From: Candidatus Gottesmanbacteria bacterium
GTDB taxonomy: Bacteria > Patescibacteriota > Microgenomatia > UBA10105 > UBA927
Length of the DNA stretch: 64,000 bases
Reading direction: 5' to 3'
Assembly (NCBI GenBank): GCA_963714095.1
Contig: OY970230.1
Location: forward strand, 134,206-198,205
The position numbers and the translations under genes are program-made. Shown here one piece after another: positions 30,120 to 39,463 of this stretch (positions are counted from its first letter, which is position 1; each line of letters starts with the position of its first letter). Under the pieces are notes generated by a model, which ran no database searches, was not told the origin of the DNA, and saw nothing but the letters and a program-made list of their open reading frames with translations.

Positions 30120-31300
30120 CCTATTTGCACTATTCCTTTTGGATTTGCTACAGCTTTATCCATTCGTTGAAAATCTTCCATATATTCGCACACCCGACAT
30201 TTACTGCCCGGCGTCATATCCGGAAAATGACCTTTCCTGAACTCAGAATATTTTTTACCTTCCCAAATATCTGCAAATCGCTCAGACCTGATATTGCCCA
30301 TAATAAATTTATCTCTACTTGTATCAGCAAAAGGACCATTATCATCATAAAGATATAAACAGGGTCTGACGTTACCCTGGGGATCTATCATGACACTGTA
30401 TTCACCGATATGGCACTGAGGGTGATTTTGAGTCTTCAAATATGAAGAGGGCGCAAGTACATTGTTATCGAAATCTTCAACCCGGATTAAACCGTGTGCA
30501 GCATATTTTATTGCAGATGAAAGATCCACTTCAGTGACAGGATGTAGATTTTCCAATCTGGCGATAAAAGACTTTAATATATCGAACGCTGAGTGGTTAA
30601 GCTCGTATGATCCGGTTCCATGAACGAGCGCCATCCTGAGCGTATCAACCCCGATATGATCTATATCCTCTGCAGTAACCGCGGTCAAATCCCGAATATT
30701 ACCTTTTTGAATAGTAAAGTTTGCAGATATTCTTACGTGATTCGCATCTAACCCCCATTCATCACGTGCTTGTCTTAATCGATGGATTGATTGTAATGTT
30801 CTCCCAAATGCATCAAAGGTTCCGTCAGGCATTCTGATTCCGTTATGGCTATCCTTATTAAACCCATCAACTGAAAAGGCAACATCAGTTTCCGTATCAA
30901 GTACCGCCTGTATAACAGCATCATCTAATTTTATTCCCGCAGTATATAACTCCGGTTTTATTCCATTCGTCCGTATATCAGTCAAAATTTGAGGCAAGTC
31001 TTCTCTCATAACAGGCTCCGTCCCGACGAGGGTTATCTTTCTTGTATGAAGCGTTTGTAACTGATCCATCAAGTCATCAAGCTCGGAAGTATTTAATGCG
31101 TTCTCCGATGGAGCACCTGAAGAAATCCACTTGTGCCGATCGCACATTTGACACCTCAGATAACAGGCATAATTAATTTGTAAAATTACGTTATTCGGAC
31201 CGATAGTCGCTGGGAGTTCACCGCTTCTGGATAAATCCTGATATACGCGTTGATCGACCTCTTTAAGTGAATAAGGGTTATAACGAAAAGCTTCATTCAT
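30113..31300 (-). CDS. radical SAM enzyme with C-terminal SPASM/twitch-like Cys cluster
   Basis: NYACYLRCQMCDRHKW (CxxxCxxC) at the N-terminus. C-terminal Cys motifs ...CHIGEY...RPCLY...GSKCRVCEY. Confidence 0.7.
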   Translation of the reverse strand: MNEAFRYNPYSLKEVDQRVYQDLSRSGELPATIGPNNVILQINYACYLRCQMCDRHKWISSGAPSENALNTSELDDLMDQLQTLHTRKITLVGTEPVMREDLPQILTDIRTNGIKPELYTAGIKLDDAVIQAVLDTETDVAFSVDGFNKDSHNGIRMPDGTFDAFGRTLQSIHRLRQARDEWGLDANHVRISANFTIQKGNIRDLTAVTAEDIDHIGVDTLRMALVHGTGSYELNHSAFDILKSFIARLENLHPVTEVDLSSAIKYAAHGLIRVEDFDNNVLAPSSYLKTQNHPQCHIGEYSVMIDPQGNVRPCLYLYDDNGPFADTSRDKFIMGNIRSERFADIWEGKKYSEFRKGHFPDMTPGSKCRVCEYMEDFQRMDKAVANPKGIVQIGW

Positions 31301-31369
31301 AATTTGCGTTTAAATACAAAAACAGATAGTATTATATACTAAATTAGGTTGATATGACAATAAAAAGCT

Positions 31370-32254
31370 ATGGTCAAGCATGAAATGTTTTTACCAATTG
31401 AAGCCCCTGCATTTATCCGACACGCGCCACTGGATTTGAGCATTGTCATACGTTGCGGCAGAGACAAAAACGGACTAATCCGTTTTCTTACATCAGTTAA
31501 TGAAAACGTTGAAGTAGTCGTAAGCGCAGCAGAAGATGCTTCATTTATTCACGAATTTCAGGAAAAAGGGTACAAAATTGCTCCTCATACATACGGAAAC
31601 TGGAGCAGCGCCGCACAGGCGGGAATAAATGCATCTACCAATAATGACGTTATTATCATGGATTCTGATTCAGTTTTTGGTGAGGGCGCAATAAATACGA
31701 TTGATAAAGCACTTAAAGACGGTCACTTATTAGTACAACCAAGAATTATCTTTATGGATAACGGAACGCCGTTAAGTAAAATAATCGCACAGGCAAGAAC
31801 CTATGAAAACAGAAGAGTACCCAAATCATATTCTCCGGGTTTAGGATTGAAAGTGCAGGAATTGACTGAAAGAATCGGAGTCGGAGGAAACGTATATAAC
31901 TTATCGGTTGCCTACGGAGATGACGGAGATTTAGATCAACGAAGAAGAAATGCAGGCATAGACGTATATGTTGCGGAGGACGCATTAATATATTCAGATC
32001 CGAATACGCTTGAACATGAATTAAAAACAGCGTATCGTTTTGGAATCGGAGAAAGGCAATCGCAACAGGGAAAAACGAACCAAAAAAATATCGTTGATAT
32101 CATGAATGAGGAATTCTTTTCTAAAGAAGCTAAGGAATACTATATGAATCTTATACGACAGTTTGGCATACCAACTGCCATGTTTATGATGTTCTGCAGA
32201 TCCGCCTATGTCACTGGGTTTCAAACGGCGGGCAATATAAAAACTACCCTATGA
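31370..32254 (+). CDS. GT-A fold (GT2-like) glycosyltransferase-like protein
   Basis: LDLSIVIRCGRD (GT2 N-terminal strand) and DxD-like VIIMDSDSVF. Confidence 0.45.
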   Translation: MVKHEMFLPIEAPAFIRHAPLDLSIVIRCGRDKNGLIRFLTSVNENVEVVVSAAEDASFIHEFQEKGYKIAPHTYGNWSSAAQAGINASTNNDVIIMDSDSVFGEGAINTIDKALKDGHLLVQPRIIFMDNGTPLSKIIAQARTYENRRVPKSYSPGLGLKVQELTERIGVGGNVYNLSVAYGDDGDLDQRRRNAGIDVYVAEDALIYSDPNTLEHELKTAYRFGIGERQSQQGKTNQKNIVDIMNEEFFSKEAKEYYMNLIRQFGIPTAMFMMFCRSAYVTGFQTAGNIKTTL

Positions 32255-33831
32255 ACGAACGACTACTATCAGGTCCCGTTGCGTACGCAGCCACACAATA
32301 TAAAGAATATAACACTACTGATCAGGCGAGTAAGCTTGAGCATTTAGATTCGGTTGGCAGAGCGTATATCGAACAAGGTCACGCTCCCTTTTATGATGCA
32401 CAATTTCTGGAACATCATATTGCGAAACTAAGAGAAGAACAAAGAGGTAACAATTTTTCTTTTACATGGATGCCGGAAAATCCCCACGGTAACTTTTTAA
32501 GGCAAAATACCCATCGTGATGGGTACATCATGCCCGAACCAGCGACGATTGAAAGTATCGAGAAGCTTATTCATGATGAACCGGATATACGAAATATTGT
32601 TTTTGCTGTATATTCCAACGGGTATAGTATTTTCAGAGATATTGCAACACATCTTCACAAAGAACATCCGCAAATCGAAATCGTCGCGGGAGCAGTAGGA
32701 TCGTTATATCGCGAAACACAACAATTAGCTCAGCATATCCTTGGGGGTAACCAGATTGATGATATGCGGAGATTACTTGGTGAACCGGTTTTAAATCCTC
32801 TTCACATATCCACTGCCCCATCTCATACGTCTACCACATATAACGGTGCTACGAAACAAAGCACATATGGAGTTATGATAAGCAGCTACGGTTGTCCATA
32901 TCGATGTGATTTTTGTCCGACTACAGCACAATATCAGGGTAAATACAGTACTCCGCATAGTGCGGATGAAATTGTGAAAGCCATACATGAAGCACACGAT
33001 GCTATCGCTCCTGATAAACCAATAATGTCACTCAGTATTGCTGACCCACAGGGTTTGGGCGATGTTCCTGTATGGAAGGAGGTTTTTCAAAGATGCCAAA
33101 ATACGGGTTTCATGGTAGAACTGGCGACAACGACATCTTCAAAAATATTAGAACAGTATTCTCCTGATGAACTAACGCAGGGAGATTTATACCTTTCGTG
33201 TGTGAATATAGGGGTTGAATCTATGATATCACCCTATGTAAAAAACCGCGGAATAGATTTGAGGAAAGAAATTGAAAAGTATCAGTCTGCCGGGATACGT
33301 ATAGCTGCAACATTTATCGTTGGGCATGATTGGCATAACCAAACAAATATTTGGGAGGACGTTGATAAAATTCAACAGTTAGGAGCGTCCGGCTATATCG
33401 TTTCCAATATGATGATGGAACGCGGGACAACTATTTTTAGTAAAATGCAAGCTGATGGAAGACTATTGGATGTGCCGCCTGAATTTGAGGCGACATACGG
33501 ATATCAGTCATTCAGACATCCGAACTTTGAACCGGGTTTCAATGCCATGGTTCCTATCCTTTCACAAATTGAAGCCAAGCTAAATCAAGGAATTGATGTT
33601 TTTACCGGTGATGAACACTTCTATCTTCAAAGGGTTAATGCGCGAATTACAGAAACTCAAACTCAATTAAGAACACGAATGAAAGAAATAGAGAGAACTG
33701 TTATGGCAGATAGTTCATTGCATCCGGATGCAAAAACTTCTGAAATCAAAAAACAACAGGTACAACTATACTATGATACTATTTTCAGGAATATTGACCT
33801 GTTTCACCCATATATAACCTGGAATGTCTAA
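32251..33831 (+). CDS. radical SAM enzyme, class-B-like (putative N-terminal Rossmann/B12-binding-like domain followed by radical SAM core)
   Basis: SSYGCPYRCDFCPTT (CxxxCxxC) at about residue 215, preceded by a flavodoxin-like block IVFAVYSNGYSIF...IEIVAGAVGS. Confidence 0.55.
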   Translation: MNERLLSGPVAYAATQYKEYNTTDQASKLEHLDSVGRAYIEQGHAPFYDAQFLEHHIAKLREEQRGNNFSFTWMPENPHGNFLRQNTHRDGYIMPEPATIESIEKLIHDEPDIRNIVFAVYSNGYSIFRDIATHLHKEHPQIEIVAGAVGSLYRETQQLAQHILGGNQIDDMRRLLGEPVLNPLHISTAPSHTSTTYNGATKQSTYGVMISSYGCPYRCDFCPTTAQYQGKYSTPHSADEIVKAIHEAHDAIAPDKPIMSLSIADPQGLGDVPVWKEVFQRCQNTGFMVELATTTSSKILEQYSPDELTQGDLYLSCVNIGVESMISPYVKNRGIDLRKEIEKYQSAGIRIAATFIVGHDWHNQTNIWEDVDKIQQLGASGYIVSNMMMERGTTIFSKMQADGRLLDVPPEFEATYGYQSFRHPNFEPGFNAMVPILSQIEAKLNQGIDVFTGDEHFYLQRVNARITETQTQLRTRMKEIERTVMADSSLHPDAKTSEIKKQQVQLYYDTIFRNIDLFHPYITWNV

Positions 33832-33852
33832 CGTCGTTCAGGTTGTCATTAC

Positions 33853-34932
33853 GTGCCAAACTGTAGTAGAATCAGCCAAGGAATTACTATGGTACGGAAT
33901 CTGGAAATCGAACCACGCAGGCTTATCGAAAATCAACGTACGTTGCCACCGATATGGTGGGACAGTTTGAACGGACTTACCGACCCTCATAAAGTATTAT
34001 TAGTTACTACTCCTTCTGCAGAGTTGCAGTTTAATCCAGTCTCAGCTGGATTTAATATTGTTGACCATCTGCACGTGGCAGATGAAACGCAAAAAACAGC
34101 AGACGAGATGCTACTCTACCCCGGCGATACTATTGAAAAAGTTTTCGCTGTGGGCGGCGGAAGAGCAATAGATATGGCAAAACTTATAGCCCACCGATGG
34201 GATAAAGAATTAATTGCCATTCCGACGATTCTTTCGACCGATGCGTTTCTGGTAAATTCTACGGGAGTGAGAACTGACGGATGCGTCAAATATATTCAAT
34301 CTAAACAACCTGATCTGATACTTTTCGACATGGATGTATTAAAACAAGCACCCTATGTATATCATGCTTCCGGTTGTTGTGATGTTCTCTCCATTGTTAC
34401 CGCCGTATCGGATTGGAAATTGGCTCATGACAAAGGTAAATTACTTCCCGATGAACCATATATCGAATCGGTTGCACAAACATCAAAAGCGATAGTGAGC
34501 TATCTATTTGAAAATGCTGAAAATATTTCTGCAAAAACTCCTGAAGGGCTTACTGCCATCATCAATGCTCTTTCTATGGAAGTTGAGTTATGTAATCTGT
34601 ATGGAAATAGCCGACCGGAAGAAGGCGGTGAACATTTTTTTGCATATGCTATTGAATCCCGTTTACCTCACGCAATACATGGAGAACTAGTAGGACTTGG
34701 TATTCTCTTAACTGCATATATGCAGCACCAACCATGGCAAGAGGTACAACATTTTATGGACAGCATCGGAATGAATTATCGCCCTCAAGGTATATCTACC
34801 CAGATAATCACTGACACACTGGAGGGAATGCGTGAGTATGTTGAACGTCATGCGCTTCGATACAGTATCTGGAATGAATATCATCATAATGAAAAAAACA
34901 TCCAGACATTTCTAAATGCCATACATTTATGA
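33853..34932 (+). CDS. iron-containing ADH superfamily polyol(-phosphate) dehydrogenase, glycerol-dehydrogenase/G1PDH(AraM)-like
   Basis: VFAVGGGRAIDMAKLIA (NAD-binding GGG..D.AK) and IAIPTILSTDAFLVNS (IPT..STDA block of GldA/G1PDH rather than the VPTTLLAQVDS of DHQS). Confidence 0.6.
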   Translation: MPNCSRISQGITMVRNLEIEPRRLIENQRTLPPIWWDSLNGLTDPHKVLLVTTPSAELQFNPVSAGFNIVDHLHVADETQKTADEMLLYPGDTIEKVFAVGGGRAIDMAKLIAHRWDKELIAIPTILSTDAFLVNSTGVRTDGCVKYIQSKQPDLILFDMDVLKQAPYVYHASGCCDVLSIVTAVSDWKLAHDKGKLLPDEPYIESVAQTSKAIVSYLFENAENISAKTPEGLTAIINALSMEVELCNLYGNSRPEEGGEHFFAYAIESRLPHAIHGELVGLGILLTAYMQHQPWQEVQHFMDSIGMNYRPQGISTQIITDTLEGMREYVERHALRYSIWNEYHHNEKNIQTFLNAIHL

Positions 34933-35633
34933 ATGAAATACCACTAAAAACAACAGAACTTGAGGCGGTCATGAAAGGGTTAGAGCGACAATCAACAAAA
35001 CGGGTTGTCCTACTCTATTCCGGCGGCGCGGACAGTACTGCAGCAGGACTAAAACTTCGTGAAGACGGATATTCCGTCTACCCTATATTCTTTGACTATA
35101 ATCAAAGCGCCCGGGACGCAGAGCGTTTTCTTGTAAGTAATGCTCCCGATACACTTGGTTTTGAAAAAACGAAAATCGTGCGAACAGACTTACTTACAGA
35201 CCTAAGTCACAGCGCACTGCTTGGAGGCGACGCCAAAGATGACACATCGGCATGGGTTCCCGGTCGAAACACGCTTTTCATGATTGCTGCGGGCATTTAT
35301 GGACATCAGATAGATGCTGACGGCATCGCCATCGGATATATGCGTTCAGATGAAGGGGTATTCGGAGATTCAAATAAGCTGCATCACAAAATAGTAGAAA
35401 CACTTCTTGAAAAAACACTTTCCCGACCTATGGAAGTTCGCTTACCTTTGGCACAAATGACAAAAATGGACGTATTGCAGTACCTCAACGATCACAGAGT
35501 TATTGATCTTACCGTATCGTGTTGGAATGCAACACTTCAGGGTAATACAGTTCAAACGTGCCATACATGCGCAAACTGCGTCGAACGTGAAGAAAGCCTT
35601 CGTGGGATTATCTACCAATACGGTAAAAAATAG
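34929..35633 (+). CDS. queC: 7-cyano-7-deazaguanine synthase
   Basis: PP-loop VVLLYSGGADST. C-terminal zinc motif CWNATLQGNTVQTCHTCANC. ATGA overlap with the preceding Fe-ADH gene. Confidence 0.85.
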   Translation: MNEIPLKTTELEAVMKGLERQSTKRVVLLYSGGADSTAAGLKLREDGYSVYPIFFDYNQSARDAERFLVSNAPDTLGFEKTKIVRTDLLTDLSHSALLGGDAKDDTSAWVPGRNTLFMIAAGIYGHQIDADGIAIGYMRSDEGVFGDSNKLHHKIVETLLEKTLSRPMEVRLPLAQMTKMDVLQYLNDHRVIDLTVSCWNATLQGNTVQTCHTCANCVEREESLRGIIYQYGKK

Positions 35634-35676
35634 AGTTTAGATTGATTTTACGGTCTAAAAGCGTATAATATTCCCT

Positions 35677-36648
35677 ATGCCTGTCTCAGAAATTCTCAAA
35701 CGACTCGACGAATACGACATCCGTCCCAACGAACAACTTGGGCAACATATTCTCATTGACCCCAAATGGCTTGGCTATATTGCTGATCAAACCTGTCGTG
35801 GCGGACATGTTATAGAAATCGGAGCCGGACCAGGGAACCTGACTGAACCCATTGCGGCGCTCGCAAAATACGTTACTGCGATTGAACTGGATCGCCGATA
35901 TGAACCCATGTTGCAGGATCTTCATGAACGACATCCCAACGTAACCGTTATATTCGGGGACGCCATTAAGCAGGATTTTCGACAATTACAAAAACAATCT
36001 GATAGAACACTGCAGATTATCGGAAATATCCCCTATCACATTTCAGAACCGCTTATGAAAAAACTTACTGATGTCCCTATGGAAGATGCCGTGCTTACGG
36101 TCGGCGATAAACTGAGTGAAACATTACGGGAAACGAATCCTTCTAGCATTAATTTCACAAGACTTTCTCTTCTTGCATTAGGTTTTTTCGACGTAGATTT
36201 ATTAGCTAAAATTCCAAAAAGTGCCTTTTATCCAATGCCAAGGACAGAATCGCAAATCATAAGGATTACGCCGAAAATGAAAGCGGAATCATCCAATCCC
36301 GGTATTCGCGTTATTCAACAATTATTTCTAAGCGGTGATAGTTCATCAGTCGAAAATATTATGAGAACGGCACTCAACGGCGGAATATCGGATCGAAAGC
36401 TACGATACAAAGATGAACAGAATAGATACGAACGTCGGGAAACACGAAGATCGTTGGAAATGATGAGGCGCGGATATAATGCTTCTCAAGACCTCTCGGA
36501 AGAAGATGGGCAACAAGGCATGTCTAAAGATCCGATATCACTAATGAACATACCGGGACAGATTCTCACCCACAGATTTTCCAGTCTTAGCAATGACGAA
36601 GTGTGCACGCTCTCAAAAGCTATCTTAGACGTCTATCCAAGTCAATAA
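35677..36648 (+). CDS. KsgA/Dim1/Erm-family rRNA adenine N6-dimethyltransferase-like protein with a ~100-aa basic C-terminal extension
   Basis: QHILIDPKW, HVIEIGAGPGNLTEPIA and IIGNIPYHISEP (NLPYNIS-type catalytic motif). The C-terminal extension is unusual: RKLRYKDEQNRYERRETRRSLEMMRRG. Confidence 0.65.
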   Translation: MPVSEILKRLDEYDIRPNEQLGQHILIDPKWLGYIADQTCRGGHVIEIGAGPGNLTEPIAALAKYVTAIELDRRYEPMLQDLHERHPNVTVIFGDAIKQDFRQLQKQSDRTLQIIGNIPYHISEPLMKKLTDVPMEDAVLTVGDKLSETLRETNPSSINFTRLSLLALGFFDVDLLAKIPKSAFYPMPRTESQIIRITPKMKAESSNPGIRVIQQLFLSGDSSSVENIMRTALNGGISDRKLRYKDEQNRYERRETRRSLEMMRRGYNASQDLSEEDGQQGMSKDPISLMNIPGQILTHRFSSLSNDEVCTLSKAILDVYPSQ

Positions 36649-37399
36649 ATCCGGAACCTTTAGATTTTTCTATCAACTCTATTTCACGACTCCACTGTTC
36701 GTTCATGGCACATTTTTTACTCACCAAATCAGATACCATTTCTATTATCGGGTTGCTATCCTGATTATCTGATAAATTAATCTTCTTATCATCTATATAA
36801 ACCGACTTATTCAAAAGATCCAACACTATCTTCCCTTTTCGTTTCAAATAAATGGTTATCTCTCTTCTTGGATTGCCATATCCGCAATAAAGTTTCCAGG
36901 GAATTTTTTTCTTGGTTAAATAAAACCATAAATCAACATCGTGTATCCCTAGATCATATAACGGATCACATTCATAATCCCATGGTGGCTTCATTCCTAA
37001 TCGGTAACTTGTTATATAATCAATTTCTGACAGTTCAATAGTTTTCTTAAAATATTTGACGGCAGGATTATATCGTTCTAAAGTTGACTGATAAAAAAGT
37101 AATTTTTTCTCTTTGGCTAACGTTTCCAATTCTTTTGCATCGGATGATGAAAAACATACGGGCTTTTCGCATAAAACATTATATCCGTGTAACAGGAGCA
37201 TTTTTGAACATTTAAAATGTAATGGGGTTGGTGTCGCGACGATTGCAAAATCAACAGTCTCACCATATCGTATAAATTTTTCAACTGTATTGAAGTACAT
37301 CCCGTGAGATACCGGAAGGATATCCACGATGTATGTTGCATGAAGAAGGCTATCATAAAGTTTTCCCATTCTTCCGTAACCGATTATTGCTGTAGTCAT
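36620..37399 (-). CDS. Gfo/Idh/MocA-family NAD(P)-dependent oxidoreductase
   Basis: N-terminal Rossmann TAIIGYGRMGK and the family EKP motif (VLCEKPVCFS). Confidence 0.6.
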   Translation of the reverse strand: MTTAIIGYGRMGKLYDSLLHATYIVDILPVSHGMYFNTVEKFIRYGETVDFAIVATPTPLHFKCSKMLLLHGYNVLCEKPVCFSSSDAKELETLAKEKKLLFYQSTLERYNPAVKYFKKTIELSEIDYITSYRLGMKPPWDYECDPLYDLGIHDVDLWFYLTKKKIPWKLYCGYGNPRREITIYLKRKGKIVLDLLNKSVYIDDKKINLSDNQDSNPIIEMVSDLVSKKCAMNEQWSREIELIEKSKGSGFIDLDRRLR

Positions 37400-37403
37400 A
37401 CAA

Positions 37404-38468
37404 TTATTTATTCACAAAATCAGTAAGTTTTTTCGCAAGAGTCTGCCAAGACAGGTCTTTTACCAAATTCGTATTGTATATTCTGCAAGCAGCGTCCAAT
37501 AATACAGCCCGTTCGATACCTTTACGCCATGCATCAACAGTGGAAGCAACCAAATACCCGGTCTTTCCATTTTTCAACAGCCAGTCAATTCTTCCGGTTC
37601 CCATAACGATCGGTTTGCCGACGGCTAAATACTCGCTGATGGCAATGGGACTACAATCCGTTTCAACCGGGAATACAAGCACATCGGCGATATTTGTATA
37701 TTTAGGCACATCAGCATAGGAAACAGCACCGCAAAGAATAACATTTTTACGTTTTGGAATTTCCCTCTTCACAGGCCCGTCTCCTACGATAAGGAAAATA
37801 TAATTATCCGGAATTGCGCGTGCAATGAGTTTAATATGTTCATAAAACCTACCGAGCTTTCCCGTATATACAACGATCTTTTTATTGAGTAAATCAGTAT
37901 GGAATGTGCTTGAAAAATCTTTTTTCAATGCTACAACATCCGGCTGCGAGTACGGATAAAAAAGTGTTTTATCGTACCCATTAGGAATAACGATTACATC
38001 CTTTGTTTTTAATCCGGACTGCTGGAGCATTTTTAAATTTACTGGGGATTGAGAAACAACTTTGTTTGCTTTTTCCAAAAGGTATGAGAGTCCGTATTGT
38101 AATAAATAATACGTTGCGTTTATACCATATTCCTTCAGGTACATCTCGTTATACCAATCGATACTGTCAAATAGCAAAGAAATTTTACATGTTTCTTCTA
38201 TAAGCAACCCGCTCAGAGGATTATCTACCATCAAAAGATCGAATCGCCGGGTGCGCAGATATTTCTGCAAACGCTGTCTTTCGCGGATAACATCATCAAT
38301 TGAACAAATAACTGCATGGCGGAAAAAACTAAAAGAAATATCCGTACAATGTTGTGCTAAAAACTGTTCCCGCTGGGGAAATCCGGATACATACGACTGG
38401 CTGAAATTCTGTAAGCTTTGAGCATAAACTTTATCGCCGATTTTCAGTATCTTTTTCATTGAAACCAT
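37404..38468 (-). CDS. GT4-family (GT-B) glycosyltransferase
   Basis: C-terminal VLVFPVETDCSPIAISEYLAVGKPIVMGTGR resembles the GT4 E..E region. Confidence 0.55.
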   Translation of the reverse strand: MVSMKKILKIGDKVYAQSLQNFSQSYVSGFPQREQFLAQHCTDISFSFFRHAVICSIDDVIRERQRLQKYLRTRRFDLLMVDNPLSGLLIEETCKISLLFDSIDWYNEMYLKEYGINATYYLLQYGLSYLLEKANKVVSQSPVNLKMLQQSGLKTKDVIVIPNGYDKTLFYPYSQPDVVALKKDFSSTFHTDLLNKKIVVYTGKLGRFYEHIKLIARAIPDNYIFLIVGDGPVKREIPKRKNVILCGAVSYADVPKYTNIADVLVFPVETDCSPIAISEYLAVGKPIVMGTGRIDWLLKNGKTGYLVASTVDAWRKGIERAVLLDAACRIYNTNLVKDLSWQTLAKKLTDFVNK

Positions 38469-39463
38469 CCTTGTAATGCATGGGTAACTCTATGTATCTC
38501 CGCATGAGTAAGATTCCAACGGCATGGTATGGCAACGATAGAAGAAGTTACATCTTTATAGTTTTGTTTTTGATCATCGGGGAGCATGTCTTCGTCATAA
38601 TATACCAATGTTTGGATACCCTGTTTATCCATATATGTTCTAAATTTATTTCTATCCGTGATAAGCATATTAAAAACTGAATAGGTATGATAGGTGTTCG
38701 CTTCTTCCGCTAAAAACGGTTGATATCCCGGAATAACTTTTTTATACTCGTGTGCTATATCCCGCTGGGTTGCGATACGTGTGTCATACCCCTTAAGCTC
38801 TTTGAGAAGATATTCTGCTTTAATTTCATCAATACGCAGATTCAGTGCGATCGAATCTGTCATCGCTCCGTTTTCCCGCCCGGATTCTATAAATGTTTTC
38901 ATCTGCCGGTAATAGTGTTCATCACTCGTAACAACGGCTCCCGCGTGACCACAAGCATGAAGTGATTTGGTTGGATAAAAGCTGAAGCAACCTATTTTCC
39001 CGAAGGTACCCACAAATTTACCGTTAAACTTTGCTCCGAATGCCTGACAGGCATCCTCAATATAATTCTGCATTTTTATCTGACCAAGCAAATAATGTGG
39101 CTGACCGAAAAGATGAGTAATCGTCATCAAACTCGACCGTGATGGTATTCTGACATTCTTCTTCGGATTGTAAGGAATATACCGTTTAAAATTCACGGTA
39201 TACTGCAGCATTTTTGCCGGCTGATATGTTGCAGGGAACGTATATGGATCAACAGTTAAACTTTTATAGTTATCTTTCAACACCCAATACGCGGCAAGGA
39301 GCGCTGCCGTTCCGTTATTCGTTAATACAACGTACGGAGCATGGAGATATTCCTTTAATTTTTCCTCCAGCTCTTTTGTTTTTTTACCGTCAACCCACTT
39401 ACCGCTGTTATAGATATCACTTGTATAGTTCGAACCTAATTTATATATGGAAATATACTTCAT
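38456..39463 (-). CDS. DegT/DnrJ/EryC1/StrS-family PLP-dependent sugar aminotransferase
   Basis: DACQAFGAKFNGKFVGTFGKIGCFSFYPTKSL block with PLP Lys (YPTKSL). Confidence 0.75.
   Translation of the reverse strand: MKYISIYKLGSNYTSDIYNSGKWVDGKKTKELEEKLKEYLHAPYVVLTNNGTAALLAAYWVLKDNYKSLTVDPYTFPATYQPAKMLQYTVNFKRYIPYNPKKNVRIPSRSSLMTITHLFGQPHYLLGQIKMQNYIEDACQAFGAKFNGKFVGTFGKIGCFSFYPTKSLHACGHAGAVVTSDEHYYRQMKTFIESGRENGAMTDSIALNLRIDEIKAEYLLKELKGYDTRIATQRDIAHEYKKVIPGYQPFLAEEANTYHTYSVFNMLITDRNKFRTYMDKQGIQTLVYYDEDMLPDDQKQNYKDVTSSIVAIPCRWNLTHAEIHRVTHALQGWFQ

Noticed and set aside
33853-34932. Interpreting the Fe-ADH gene as a 2-deoxy-scyllo-inosose synthase (DHQS-like), which would make the cluster a 2-deoxystreptamine aminoglycoside pathway
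   Set aside because: The substrate-binding block reads IPTILSTDAFL (glycerol dehydrogenase/G1PDH type), not the VPTTLLAQVDSS of DHQS/DOIS cyclases. The aminocyclitol interpretation is kept only as an alternative to test.
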